This document shows positions 13,216 through 26,319 of a stretch of DNA of 64,000 nt, piece after piece. Made by a program: the position numbers and the translations under genes. This DNA comes from Camelus dromedarius (taxonomy: Eukaryota), in assembly GCF_036321535.1 (NCBI RefSeq), contig NC_087436.1:88972001-89036000 (forward strand). The letters are read 5' to 3'. The notes beneath the pieces were generated by a model. The model was not told where the DNA came from. It did not search any database and worked only from the letters and a program-made list of their open reading frames with translations. The number at the start of each line of letters is the position of its first letter. Position 1 is the stretch's first letter.

Positions 13216-15381
13216 CTGCAACCCAAACACACACAACAAGGGGTTAACAAATCACATCAAAGCCTGGAGCAAAAGAGGCAAAACACCTTACGGTCCACCG
13301 ACAAGTTTCTATCAGTCAATTCTGGATGCTATTAAACCGAGAGAACCAGCAAAATCTAACAAATCTGAATGAACAATTCATTACCCCTGTAGCCACCTGG
13401 CTTGGGGGTACTTTAACAAATGTGAGGTCGTATTTATTAAATATATAATAGTAAATATTGGCGTGTGACAGTTGTGAGTTGTATAACACATAATATAAAG
13501 CATAACACATAAAGCACAATAGGAAGTATTCTTTTCTTTTTGAAAAGTTCAAAAAACTGAAGGGAATTCAGAATTGACGTACTGTAGAAACAGAAGACAG
13601 AACCAACAACAAAAAAACCAATAACCACCTCTCACTTTCAGAAGTTAATTTGTTTGTCCAAATATTACATTCAAACCAGGCTCAAAATAAGTAGAAAAAA
13701 CTGAGAGTTTACTTCCCCCTGAGACCAACTCTGCTATTCAGAACCACTTTTTAAAGAACTTCCTCTATTCCTCTATTTTAAATATTCAAATATTTCTCCA
13801 CTGCCCCCAAGATAAATTCAAACAGCCTCTTTCCTTACAAGAAATAAAGGAAATCTCAAACCTGCATGACCCTTGAATTTGTATCACTTATTTTTCCCAT
13901 TGATCAAACTTCTCAAAATAATCTATGCACACTTCTCCTCCCTTATCTCCAATTCCTTTCACGCTGACATCTTTTTCTTAGCCCTTTTTGCTACTTCTGT
14001 GGCTTCAATTATTTCCATGTTAACTGCATCCAACTCTATAGTGCTCGGCACTGAACTTTGTTCAAGTTCCACATCCTAATTCCATCAAGTGCACTAGATT
14101 ACAAACTCCATACAAGACAGAAACACCCACAGCATTTAAAGCCATTAATTCAACAAATTCACATCTGTATTTTAAGCATATTCCCTGTTCAATAAATGTA
14201 TATGGATGAACATAGTATGAAAAATGAGGAGGAAGATACGTGGAATGAACAATGAATGCAGAGAATCCCTATACTCACATTAGCAGCTCAAACTCAACAT
14301 TTCCCGAAACAAAACAATCTTCCAGTCAAGCTTCTTTTGACTCCTGCCTTTACTTTTTCTGTTAATCCTCCTGGTCATCACAGCTCAACCTGTTCACATC
14401 ATCTTTTACTCCTTTCACTTAATTCCCTACATCTAACCCATAGTATCCGTAATAGATGGCCCTTCTTTTCCCTCCCACATTGTTCTGAGTCCAGGTCTCC
14501 ATTACAACTCACCAGGATATATGCAGCATCTTCCTAAATGTTCTCTCTGCCTTCAGTTGGCCTCTAACTGTGTTAGCAGAGAGGACCACTTCCCAGGCCT
14601 CCAGCAAATCTCGGCTACCGCCATTCTGCTTTTACCCATATTCCTTCCTTCCTCCATCTGAAGCGTGCTTTGCAGACAACTCTGCCTTGAAAATCTCACC
14701 CTTCATAATTAAGTTCAAATGCCACTTCCCTGCTACAGCTCTAGCTAATAGTATTATTCCTCTTTTCGAGGCTTCCCTACTAGCTGGTAGCTTATAACAC
14801 TCAACACATCCACTATGTCTTTTCATCGTTTATATTCAAATCTTGTTTCCTGTGCTAAATATAAAACTCCATAAGCAAAGAAGCACCATTTAGACCTGCA
14901 TTTCCTTCAGTGCCTGAACTTACAGGATGGCTTCAATAAACATAGTAAACTGAATTACGTTGCTGTTTCACCTAATAACAGTTTACGTCTGGTATGCTTC
15001 AGAGCTGTTTCCCCCTATTATCAAGAAGAAAAGGCTAAAATCAAAACACAGCATGGTTTCATGGAAAGAACACAAAAGCAAGAGCAAGAAGACTCAAGGC
15101 TCGTCTTCTCACCACTGGCTAAACCACAGCGTCTAACTTGGTTTCCCAATCTGTAATGCAAGGAAAACAGTATCTCTCTCATCAAGAGAAAGCATCTTAC
15201 TCATTATAAAGTGCTGTGAATGTAAGGGGTCGTTGTTTCACAACAGATTCCGCCAGAATCGTCAAAGATAACACCGTAAGCTTTAGGCTTAGGGCAAATA
15301 TAATATTACGAAAATGAAAAATCTTATATACCAACTAGAATGACAAAGACATTCTATTTTTTTTCCAAAAAATAAAAGTAC

Positions 15382-15671
15382 CTGTGAAATTGTTCAAACA
15401 AATTTCTTGGCACAAAATTCAGAAGGGTGTACTTTGTAGTCCGTATTCTGTTATTCACGTAGGTTCCAGAAAACTTTTCATACTCGTCCTTGAAGGGCCA
15501 GAGGTGGGGGACAACCACCCGGTGCTTTCCCGCCACTCTGGGGGTCCGAGAGGGCTTGCCCCCGCAGGCAAGCAGAGAGAAATAGTTGTACGGCCTCTCA
15601 CCGTCCTCCCTGGGTGTCCCACCGACCAGCCGCTGCCAGTGATATCTGGCCCATTGGAGAAGCTCAGTCAT
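15382..15671 (-). CDS. ATP10D: ATP10D exon 2, coding part (MTELLQWARYHWQRL...RTTKYTLLNFVPRNLFEQFH); exon begins at 15708 with 37 nt of 5'UTR
   Basis: ATG at 15671, acceptor ttgctAG at 15710/15709, donor GTAC at 15381; P4-ATPase N-terminal motif NxIxTTKYTxxxFxPxNLFEQF. Confidence 0.97.
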
Positions 15672-16853
15672 GTCCAAAACGTGGCGAGATCCACGTTGTG
15701 TCGGTGATCTAGCAAAACAAAGAAAATCCCACTAAAACACTCCTCGTTAGCCTCCGGAAAGTCTTGAAAAGAGTAATGATAATAAAATTCATTTTTTTCT
15801 ATACTCAGTAAACAAATGACCCAATGGTCCAAGGTATAAATGTGAAAGTAAAGCCAGTCATTGGACCTCCATTTTAACGAAATCTTTACAAAATAAAGCA
15901 TACACCATCTGCCCCGTGGGCTGATTACCTGGTTACCTAAGTGACGAGAGAGCACCTAAAAGGCCACTCATAACGTATATATACATCTGAATCACTATGC
16001 TGTACACCAGAAACTAACACAACATTGTAAATCAACTATACTTCAAAAAAAAAAATGTAATTTCAGGTGCAAAATAGTGTTCAAGGTACTGAAGCAGTCT
16101 GGGCAAATTATTTAAGTTTGTTTCCTCCCTAAGCTTCATTCTAAGTTTATAACATGTCTATTGATTATTTTCTCTAAAGTGTTAAACTAATCAGAAATGA
16201 ACAGTTTTCCCCTAAGGACATTAAGATTGTATCCAGCTTTCATGGATCATGAGTCATACATCATTACCTAGCAGCACTGGAAGATCTTGTCTTAGTCTCG
16301 TAATTCTAGTCAATCAATATTTTTTAATAATCCATTTAGCCCATACACTTGTCTCCTCTATACTGGTCCTGGAGCAGCCAAGAGATCACAGTCACGTAGC
16401 ATCACTTTATCACTGTATTTACAGAAAATAAGCTGAATCCAAATAATAATCTTACAAGAGTCCATCAGAGCTTTAAAACTTATATGATCTAAAGTAAAGT
16501 AAGAAAAACAAGGAAGAGGCAGAAAGTCACTTTTAATAGGAAGAACACAATGGCCACCAACGGTGTCTGTCTGGACACTGGACTCACAACACGCAGCCTC
16601 TGTCATCAGCGAGAGAAAACATCCATGAAGTCAGTCTTAGCACTTCTATACCAGTGACGGAACCAAGGCAAAAAAGGTTCTATCCTTATCAGGTCTCTGT
16701 CCTTTGGAGTTTGCTCTCTCAAATTTATCTGCTCACAGATAGCGATACACGTTGATTGGCCAAAACAACCCTATCACTTCAATATAATTTAAAAAAAAAT
16801 CTATCTCTGAAGTAATTCAAAAAGCCTAGTATTCACTCCAGTTCACTCCAATA

Positions 16854-17077
16854 CAGTAGACCTTTGAACAACATGGGGTGTTGTTCAGGGGTGCCCACCC
16901 TCCTCAGAGGAGAAAATCCACCCATAACTGGTACTTGGCCCTCCATTTCCACAGTTTCTATGCATCTGCAGATTCAATCAACTGGGATCCGATGGCACCG
17001 TAATATTTACTATTGAAAGAAATCCCAGTATAAGTGGATCTCTGCAGTTCAAATCTGCATTGTTCAAGGGTCAACTG
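16854..17077. mobile_element. TcMar-Tigger MITE (MER8/Tigger2-like)
   Basis: TIRs CAGTAGACCTTTGAACAA and TTGTTCAAGGGTCAACTG, with TA on both sides (16852-16853, 17078-17079). Confidence 0.85.
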
Positions 17078-19569
17078 TATGTAAAAACAGCTTCATAACC
17101 TATAACTAGTAATGAGAGCTTGAGTTACTAAAGTAGGTCATAAAATATCCAGAAATCTCCCCAGAGTAAGCACACAAGATAGTGCTTTACCAGTGAATCA
17201 ACGGATACTGTAAAATACTTAACATGAGCACTATGTGCTTTTCACGCATTTCATCCCATCAGGTGACCATTATGACAAACCTCCTCTTTTATAGAAGGCT
17301 GAAATTAATACAATTTTATTTTATTTCTGGAAACTTTTTAAAAGAGTTCTCATTTGCAATTAAATTCTTATTAAGACATAGGAGTATGTATCCCTCTAGA
17401 ATCCACAATCTCATACAGCAATCTAGATTCTACTTAGATTTTTTAAATTCCATAATACAACTTCTTGAGAACACAAACTTAGAAATGATTTGTACGTGGG
17501 AGGTGTTGACTTCAGGTCATTCATGGTGTATCCAACAAACTCACACTAGCAAAAATCCTCACTGGCTCACAAAAACAATCAGCTTTTCATTTCACAAACC
17601 TACTCAAGAACCTTATCTTTCTCCATTCACTCAGTTCCAAAGAGGCAAATGTACAAATGGAAAACATTTCATTGCCGAAGTATTCGTAGGTCCACCTTCC
17701 CCTGTGCCTTTTCAATGCCTGTAAACTTGCATTAGGTGCTCTGTTCACTCACACATTGTCTTCTCCCTTCCCACTTTGCATTCTCAAGGAATTTCAGTGG
17801 AGACAGAGTTGGGGCTGGCTCACTGCCCTGCTCGGCATCCTCCCTCAGCCACAGTCTCATCCTGCTCTCCAAGGCCATGCAGCTCACCATCTTGTAATGA
17901 CTCTCCCTTTGTTCAGCACTGCCGCTCTTTCCTGAAAACTGATGCTTCATCAAAGGACTGATCTACACATGATAATCTGTTAGTGTTTTCAAGGGACTGA
18001 AGAAAAAAGACCACGTGCATGGGTAATCAATACGTGGTAAACATCCTCTGAAATTTCCAGCCTAGAATTTATACCATCTTAGACTGAGAAGGACTGACCA
18101 GGGATCTACTTACTCTAGCTCAGCGCTTTCAAAATTAGTTAACTGTCAGGTCGGTGGGAAATACATTCTATGATGCAACCTGGAACACGGATACACATAC
18201 ACACAAAGACCTGAAACAAAAGTCCCACAAAACAATTCTTACCCTTCCTACTTGCAAGGCATGCCATCTTCCTTCTACTCAATTCTCTTTTTCAGCCTCT
18301 CTCATTTTAATACTGGCCAAGCTGTACTGAATTGTTTTCAAGGTCCATCAGTTTGCTGCTCTACATCCTTTGGAAAGACACTGGTTGCATGTGGCTCCAC
18401 ATGGGTTGAAAGTGTACACACAAGTGGACGGATCCACTTTGAGCTCCTCTTACGGCAGAAAGGCACCGAAAAACAGCAGTTGGACTGGAAGGCTCAGGGG
18501 AGGGCAACCCTTTTCCCAGTAGCAAGAAGCCAGAAGCAAGTGGCCTTTTCATCCTTCCACATTCCCCTAGCAAAGTTAAAAGTATACTGATACTTAGAGA
18601 CGGCTCTGTTATTAATCTTCTACATAAATATTCGAGAACCATTTCTTTAAGATATGAAAGGAAGGCAAATCACAGTAAATCATACCTCATCACGAATCAG
18701 CAAGAACCATGACATGTTAAAGCATAGCCTTTAGGGATTATTTCATCTAGAATCACACACCAGCAGCCCTTAAGCGAAATTCTACCCAGTGATGTGCTGG
18801 GCATCACAGTGTTGGCAAACATATTGTTTTAAATTGTTTGAATATAGGACAAAAATTTTTAAATGGAGATAAATTCACATGAAATACTGAAAATTAGCTT
18901 CTTTTAAAAGAAAAAAATACAGAATATTGGGCACATATTTATGTTAACATGGTAACAAACGTCAGAAGCTTTTTCACTATACCCTGACCTAAACCCTGCA
19001 TTTTCCAGTTCACCTATTTTAAGTGAGTGAGTGAGCCCTCTGATCACCACTTTTGGACAAATCAATTCCTTCTGCTCTATCGACCCAGTGATCAGTTGCA
19101 TCACTTAATAGCTCTGTGGCCGACATAATTAACCTCTTGGCCTCAGCTTGCCAACGCATGAGATGAGACACCATTATGAGTCATGGGGCACAATGGAGAT
19201 AAACAATGTTAATTCTTTTCCCCACTCTCCTCCTTGGCTGTTTCTCAGCATAAATAAGTCAAGGTTGGAAACCCTGTAAATTGGGCTGAAGTCCAAACTT
19301 TCGATACATTGCTTGCAAATTAAATAAAGTTGTCCAAGTCTAAAGTAAATGCTTCGTTCAACATTTCTGTTGATACTTGAGAAGCAAGCAGTGTTAAGTA
19401 GGCTACAAATAGAAATTCAAACAATCCCCAAAGATAGGCACGACATAAAATGACCTTCATACCACCTGATCTCATCTTCAGCCACTCTCCCCGAAATTCA
19501 TTCTATGCTCATGAACAAACCGTATGCCACCTGTGTGATGTTTTCCAAGCTCCCCCTGACAAGAACCCC

Positions 19570-19700
19570 CTAGGGCTCCTGTTAATCACAGTCCCCTAGG
19601 CTCCTCCTCTGGAGAGTCTGATTCAGAGGATACAGAATGGGGCCCATGAAGGTGGAATTTAATAAGCACCCAGGTGACTTATTAAGGAGATTGCCAGGTA
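19570..19700. mobile_element. MER5-type hAT-Charlie MITE fragment
   Basis: gagagtctgattcag...ggggcccatgaa...tttaataagcacccaggtgact resembles the MER5 core. Confidence 0.6.
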
Positions 19701-21709
19701 TAACCTGTACCTTGAACCTTTGCAAATGCTGCTCCCTCCTTCTGGAAGGCTGGTCAATCATACACCCATTCACCATGCCAGCCCCTATTCATCCTCTAGA
19801 CTGTTCTAGCTTTACCTCAGAGTGGGGGAGACTGAAAAGGAGTGACAAAGGAGACACAATAAAGCATTCCCTTCTCTGTGCCCGTTACAGTCCCGAGCAC
19901 GGTGCCGTCACTGTACCTGCTACAAGGCGAGGCGGGTGGCTTCGTTCTTAAGGTCAGGGAACACGGCTAAGTCCTTTCCAGACTCCACGGAGTCTAATGC
20001 TTGGCCAAAGTGAGATGATCAACAAGCGGCAGCTGATCATTGAATTTTACAGAAAAGCAGCAGCAAGTAGTGTGGGAAATGGAAACAAAAACAGCCCGTT
20101 TCCTCTTTCACAGCTCAGCCTGGCTTCCCTTCCATTCGAAGCAAAACGAAAAGATCAAAGTTTGAGAAGACAGAAGCAATCACTTTCAGCTTGTGATTGC
20201 ATCATTTGACCTTTATTAACAGAAGGAATCTGCTTCTCCGGGCCTGAAGGACTCTTTCAGAAAATCATTATTTCCTTTCCTACTGGATATAAATTTATAA
20301 GGTCAATAAATAGTAAACAGTGATTCAGAGCAGAGACTCAGGAGCCAGCCAGATGCCGACATCAATTCTCGCCACCTCCACTTGCCAGCTAGCCTTGATC
20401 AAAGGGTTGTTGTCAGGATTAAGTGAGTTAATATATGTAAAGCCCTTAGAGCAGTGTGTGAACCCTAGTAAGTTCTAAGTAAAGATTAGCAGCTGTGGTG
20501 GTTATCTGGGACATTTTTCTCTCAAACCCAGGATTTATTCATGAGTATCCATTGAGAATTGGTATGCACAGTACTGATACTAACAACTATACTCAGTTAC
20601 TCATCTATGTTTAATTTCTCAAACCGTATGTAGCTCACACTCAACCACCTGGTCACATGCAGCTTTAGCAAGGTTGCCCTCCACTGAACTGGAGAGCCTG
20701 CCAGGCAACCAACCAGCTGAGCAGAGCAATACCACTCGCCCCGCCCCGATGGTTCCCGGGGTAAAGAGAGCAACTTCGTAGACAAAAGCTCTAACTTACT
20801 GTGAAGCATTTTTAGGATCTTTCAAGAACATCATTCATTTACTCTAAGATTTAACCCATTCCTCGAAGAGCTGATTTGCCATGGTTTTCTGCTAATAAAC
20901 CAAACTGTCCCATGCTTTATTTGACCTGATACTCTGTCAGTGGTTGAAACCCTGCCTTGAAAATTCACACAAAAAAAATTTTAACATACCAAGAACTAAG
21001 GGCTTAAAGATCAATTCTTATCAGTTAGAACAAGAAAGAATATTTTAGATCTGGATACATTAGTCCTAAGTGAGTCCTTAAAGATAGGGACAAAGAACAA
21101 AGCTATAGTTTACACAGGTTTTATTGAAGTCTCCATTCCTAACTTCATCTTTAGTTTAAGAACAAACTACTACTATGTGAAAATTTGGATTACAACAAAC
21201 TGGCTGTTGGTTAGTGATGGAAAAATACCATTAAAGATTAACTGTGCTAAGAAGACTGCATGTTCCTGGGCTCAGCATGGCCACTCGAAGCCTAATTTTA
21301 TCCAGAAATGCAGTGTCAAAAGCCACCTGACTCTGGACATCTTGCTTTAAGGAACTGACATTAGCATTTTATCTAGAATTTTAAAGTTAATTAATATGAC
21401 CATAGATCCTAAAGATCAAGATTTTTAATACATGTTAACACTAGGAGAGAGGGACTGGATATGAGATTAATACAAACTAAATGCTACACACACCCAATTT
21501 GCAATACTATTTCACAGCAAGGCAATTATATGGTAGAAAAAATGCTTTATTGCAATAATCATTATATAAATATCTGTATGTACTAAAAATATGTATGTAT
21601 GAACTTCTTTATAACTGCCACAAGAAAATTATAAACTAATTTTACTTGTGAATATTGATGGAAAAACTCAATAAAATTTAGCAAATGAAATGCAACTCAA
21701 AAGAATGGC

Positions 21710-22012
21710 TGCTCATGGTCTTGAGGGGTTGACAGCATCTTCAACCGACAGCCAGCAAGGAAATGGCGACCTAGGTCCTACAATCGCAAGGAGCTGAATT
21801 CTGCCAACAATCTGAATAGGGTTGGAAGTGGATTCCTCCCCAGCGTTTTCAGAGAACTCAGTCTGGATGACACCCTAATCTCAGTCTTTGAGGAGGTGAG
21901 TGAAACACTCAGTCTCACTGGACCTGGACTTCTGATCTACAGAACAATACAGTAATGAGCTAGGGTTGTTTTAAGCCAGAAATTTGTGGTCATTTATAGA
22001 AAACTAATGCAG
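21710..22012 (+). mobile_element. MaLR solo LTR fragment (MLT1-like) within L1M remnants
   Basis: gacagccagcaaggaaatgg...ctgaattctgccaacaa...ttttaagcc...tttgtggt...agaaaactaat is typical of the MLT1 3' half. Confidence 0.75.
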
Positions 22013-24176
22013 AAGGTCCAAAAGTAGATCCCTGTATAAATAGGAAGATAATACATAGCAAAAGTGGAATTTCAATTCAGTGGGAAAATGGTAATTTGTT
22101 TACTAACTCTGGAATAAATGGTCATCCATCTTGGAAACAAGAAAGCAAAATTCCTAACTTTCTACATTAAAAATAGATTTGTATTAAAATATTTTAGTGA
22201 ATTTTTAAAATTTAATAAATTTTAAATTAAGAAACAAATCTCAAGATAGATTAAAATCTTAGATGTAAAAATCACAGTAAAGTTACCAAAAGAAAATTTA
22301 GATTATTTTATTATTGTTAGCTGGGAAAAACTTTCCTAAGAAGTGAGGAAAGACAATTTATTCATTTATTTATCTTATATGGTACAAGTCATAAAAAAAA
22401 AATCAAGAGACAAATGCAGCTCATAGTAACTAGCAAACTCTTAATATTCCTAATATCCAAATTATTCATACAAGTTTATAAGAAAAAAATGAAAAGCCCA
22501 ATAAAATTGGGCAAAGAAGATGAATAAGCAAGTCTCAAAAGAGGAAATTCAAAGGGCCAATTGATATGAAGAGACATTCAGCTTCACTCGTCACCAGAGG
22601 GTTGTAAACTGAAGCTATCATGGAGACATCTGCTTTTATCCATACTATTCATAAACATTAAAATGAATAACTATAACCAGTGCTGATGAGGAAAGGGAGA
22701 AACAAACCCTCTGGCAAAGGGAGTGTGAATTGCTACAATCTTCCACTCCCCCTCAAAAAATTGACAGTATCCCTTAAAATTTAAAATACTTATAGCTATT
22801 GATACAGCAATTCCACTCTGGGGAGTCTGACCCATAAGTAAATGTACGAGAATGTATATTATAGTTGTTTTATTTGGGGGTACTAACAACCACCTGGAAG
22901 TATCGTGAACATCTTTCAACTGGAGAACAGCTGACTAAATTATAACATTAGCCACATGATGGACTATTATGCATCTATTAAAAATGTCATCTTTCCAACC
23001 ACTGACCTGGACTGATGACTATTATGTATTGAAGCAAAACATAAAACAAAACAAATGGCAGAGAAATATAATGATCCAATATTTGTAAAAATGAATTGAA
23101 GAACAGACCGGAATGACTGACCTGGGTTCAAAGACTGGGGAAAATGGGAACTTGGACACAGTCTAAGTTTCCCTTTGATTTACTGCCTAATCAGTAAACA
23201 AGATGTGCAAAGATCTAGGACACAAGTGAGTGGGTACAGCTCCCATCACCTGCCTGGTTCCTCATGAAGATCGTTTAGTACTTTTGTCAGCTGTGGGGAA
23301 TGACGAGGCTGCTGGGTCACAAGAGCCTGGAACACAAGCCCACTGCCTTTTCAAATTCTTAGGCTGGAAGAGGGGGCCACATCAGATCAGGGTCTAGTGA
23401 TTAGTAACCAAGGGCCATCTCACTGTACTACAGATTCACAGGTCTAAGTTCAATTTCTTACTGCGTTGTTGAATCTACAACTGGCCTGGCCTGGGCTTAC
23501 TTCACTTAACACAAACTGCCTGGATATGCGTACATTTATATACCTTTGCAACAATATGGATAAAAGTATGGAACAATTCACATGAGGCTACAAATACTGG
23601 TTATCTTAAGATGGGAATAAAAAGGGAATCGGAAGAGACTTAACTTTTCTTCCTATTCTTTGTTACAGTGAAAATGTACTGATTCATAATTTTTTTAATT
23701 AAACTTTTTGAAGAAACAAGCTGTAATTAATAGCTATGAAACAGTCTAATGCTGCCCTCAGCACTAGGTCTGCATGATGCTATATGATCCAATATTCCTT
23801 TCACTCACAGAAGCTAAAAAATTGACAATAATGAAAATGTTCTGAAGTCTACAAGCTATCAATTTTAAGCATAAAATCATTTAACTTCAGAAATAAATGT
23901 AAATAAATATGAACTAAGTACTTGTTCTCTAAGCAATGCTAACACTTCTGTAATGATTGTTACTGTTCATGAAATACATTTCACATGTTATTTAAATTTC
24001 ACAACTTGGTGTGGAGTTTCATTTCCATTTTTCAGAGGAAGAAACAAAAGGTCCAAGAGGTTTCAGAACCCAGGGCATGCAATTTTTGACTGTACAATAC
24101 TATTTACATATAAAATTTTAAATAATCAAATACAATCATTTAGGATTAAATTATTTCTAACTGTAGTCTATTTTTT

Positions 24177-24717
24177 CTAGATGATATGAAAAACTGAAGT
24201 CATCTGGTAAGAGAGCGTACCTAAAATGACATATCCCTTAATGAATGCTTAATAATGAAGCTCGTAGCAGGGCAGATTACCAAAGGTAAATACAGGATAA
24301 TGAATTTCCTTGGACCTGGTTAGTATTTTAAAATGTCTGAGGTCATCACCAGCCAACAAACAACTTGAAATATATACGTGAGCTCACTTGTCTTAAAAAG
24401 AAAAACGTCATTTCAAGACGCTCTTTTTTTGGCTGTCAAACTCCAGCACGCACCAGAATGCCCTGAACCACACCTGGAGTCTTGATTCAGCAGGTCGGGG
24501 CTGGAGCTCAAGAATCTACATGTTTCACATGTTCGCAGGCAGTGCGGGTGCTGCTGGGCATAGGACCAGACTCTGAGAACCACTGCTCTAAGCAACTTTA
24601 TTTCAAACTGTCAAGTTGAAAGTGAGAGTGATCAGTTTATTACAGATCCCTCATGGTTTGGGGAAGCCCATCTCCTTTCAGAGTATAGACCAAGGCGATG
24701 TACCAATGACTTGACAG
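24177..24717 (-). pseudogene. Endogenous bornavirus-like matrix gene (EBLM), decayed, interrupted by a MER5A-type MITE
   Basis: SSHWYIALVYTLKGDGLPQTM (from ~24714) aligns without gaps to BoDV-1 M SKHSYVELKDKVIVPGWPTLM. RIYFKL (24361-24378) resembles NIYFQI and LSYQMTSV (24192-24215) resembles FSYRLRNI. About 130 codons remain after removing the MITE. Reference recalled from memory. Confidence 0.72.
24430..24585 (-). mobile_element. MER5A/MER5A1 hAT-Charlie MITE inserted in the EBLM
   Basis: Minus strand reads CAGTGGTTCTCAGAGTCTGGTCC...CTGAATCA...CATTCTGGTG...AGTTTGACAGCCA, matching MER5A termini. Confidence 0.88.
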
Positions 24718-26245
24718 CTGATACAAGCAGGCCCTCTCATCGAAGGCTGCAATAATAGTGAATGTCTAGTTTACACAAAAATCCCCAAAGGCTGGTGACG
24801 AGGGCTTCAGGATTGACTCCTTCTGTAGGTCGAATAGAGTTACAATCCATTTCAACCAACACTTCCAAAAGCTCAGCGAGGGAGAACAATGGGTCCTGGC
24901 CTTGACAGATTTAGAAGCTTCTTCTCAACCATGATGAAAAAGTACCAACACAGTATCACAGTTCTTATATGCTCCAATTGTTGGAAGAAAGAGAAGTTAC
25001 TATCTACCAGGGTCAATAAAAAGTATAGGGAAATGTTATAGCGGTGGGCTTCTGAGAATAAGATAGAACTGTTTTGCCATAGACTCAGGATGTTACGCGC
25101 CTCCTTGTGCTGTGTATCAACCACAGATAACCCAGCCTGAAGCACAGTGAGCCCTGATAATCTTGGGCTTGCTCCAATCTGGACCATCTCTGACTCGTCC
25201 AACTCTCTAAGAGGCTTATTACGTCAACTCCTTATCTGAGGGTAATAATGATGGTAGCGAGATCATCTGACATCTTTGCTGCTTTCTCTGTTGCATCAGG
25301 TGTCAGGGTGACACGTCGGCATGGCTCTCTTCGTAACTATAGTCCTATCTATAAAAGGAGGAAGTATTTTCCCTCACCCTGAATCATCTTTGGAAAAGAA
25401 GATAAATATGGACAGTTGTAGATGTATCTGATATGCGCTTTGGTGATGACAAGGGTCAATTTATTTAGTGGAAAAAGTGTGGCTCTTGAATAATAAAGTC
25501 ATATAATCCTCAGGGCTATTCATTAGGTGGGAGGAATCAGATTTGCCAAATAAAGTCATCTTGGGAGTTCTACATGCTGTTTAACATTTTCTGTTAACTG
25601 AACTTCTTGAACTAAATCTTCAGTAGAAGCATACAGTCTATATTTTAGGTAAAAACAAAAGGCCAGGCAAGGGTACTACGTCACCAAAAACATCGATCTA
25701 AAGTAATTACTTTTGATAATTGGTGATTATTATTATGAAAGGAAGTGCTATACAGGTAGATAAGAAACAAAGTCATAGCATCCTTGACCACTAACAAAGA
25801 AATCTTTGTGACAGTTTTGTCATTTTTAGGATGCTGAATGGGGAAAGGTCAGCTCCACCCAGCACATAGCCCTTTTCTGGAAAAGAGTGCTGAAAGCAAG
25901 CTCACTCAATCCCAATTCATTCAACAACCACGACCTGAAAAATAGACACTCTTACTGAGCAGACAGAAATACAATATACTGTTTCATACGACAGAAGTAG
26001 TCTCTAACTCAGGCTGAGGGAAGGGATCCTCCCCAGCGAAGAGTGGCAGGCTTACATCATTGCAGATGAAGAGTCAAATTAGAATTTTCAAAGACAGTAT
26101 GTTTATTTTGAAAGACAGAGGTATAAAATATAATGGTATATACATGCCTTGTCTTACACTGGAAAAAGTGACCCATTCTTAGTGTTACCAAACTTATATT
26201 AAACATAAAAAGCTTCCTCCATTCTCTTGTGTGAGAATAAAGCCT

Positions 26246-26319
<74 letters not shown>

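Noticed and set aside
17224..17724. 166-aa plus-strand ORF in ATP10D intron 1
   Set aside because: No domain-like features; it starts in MIR-like sequence and is likely a chance ORF.
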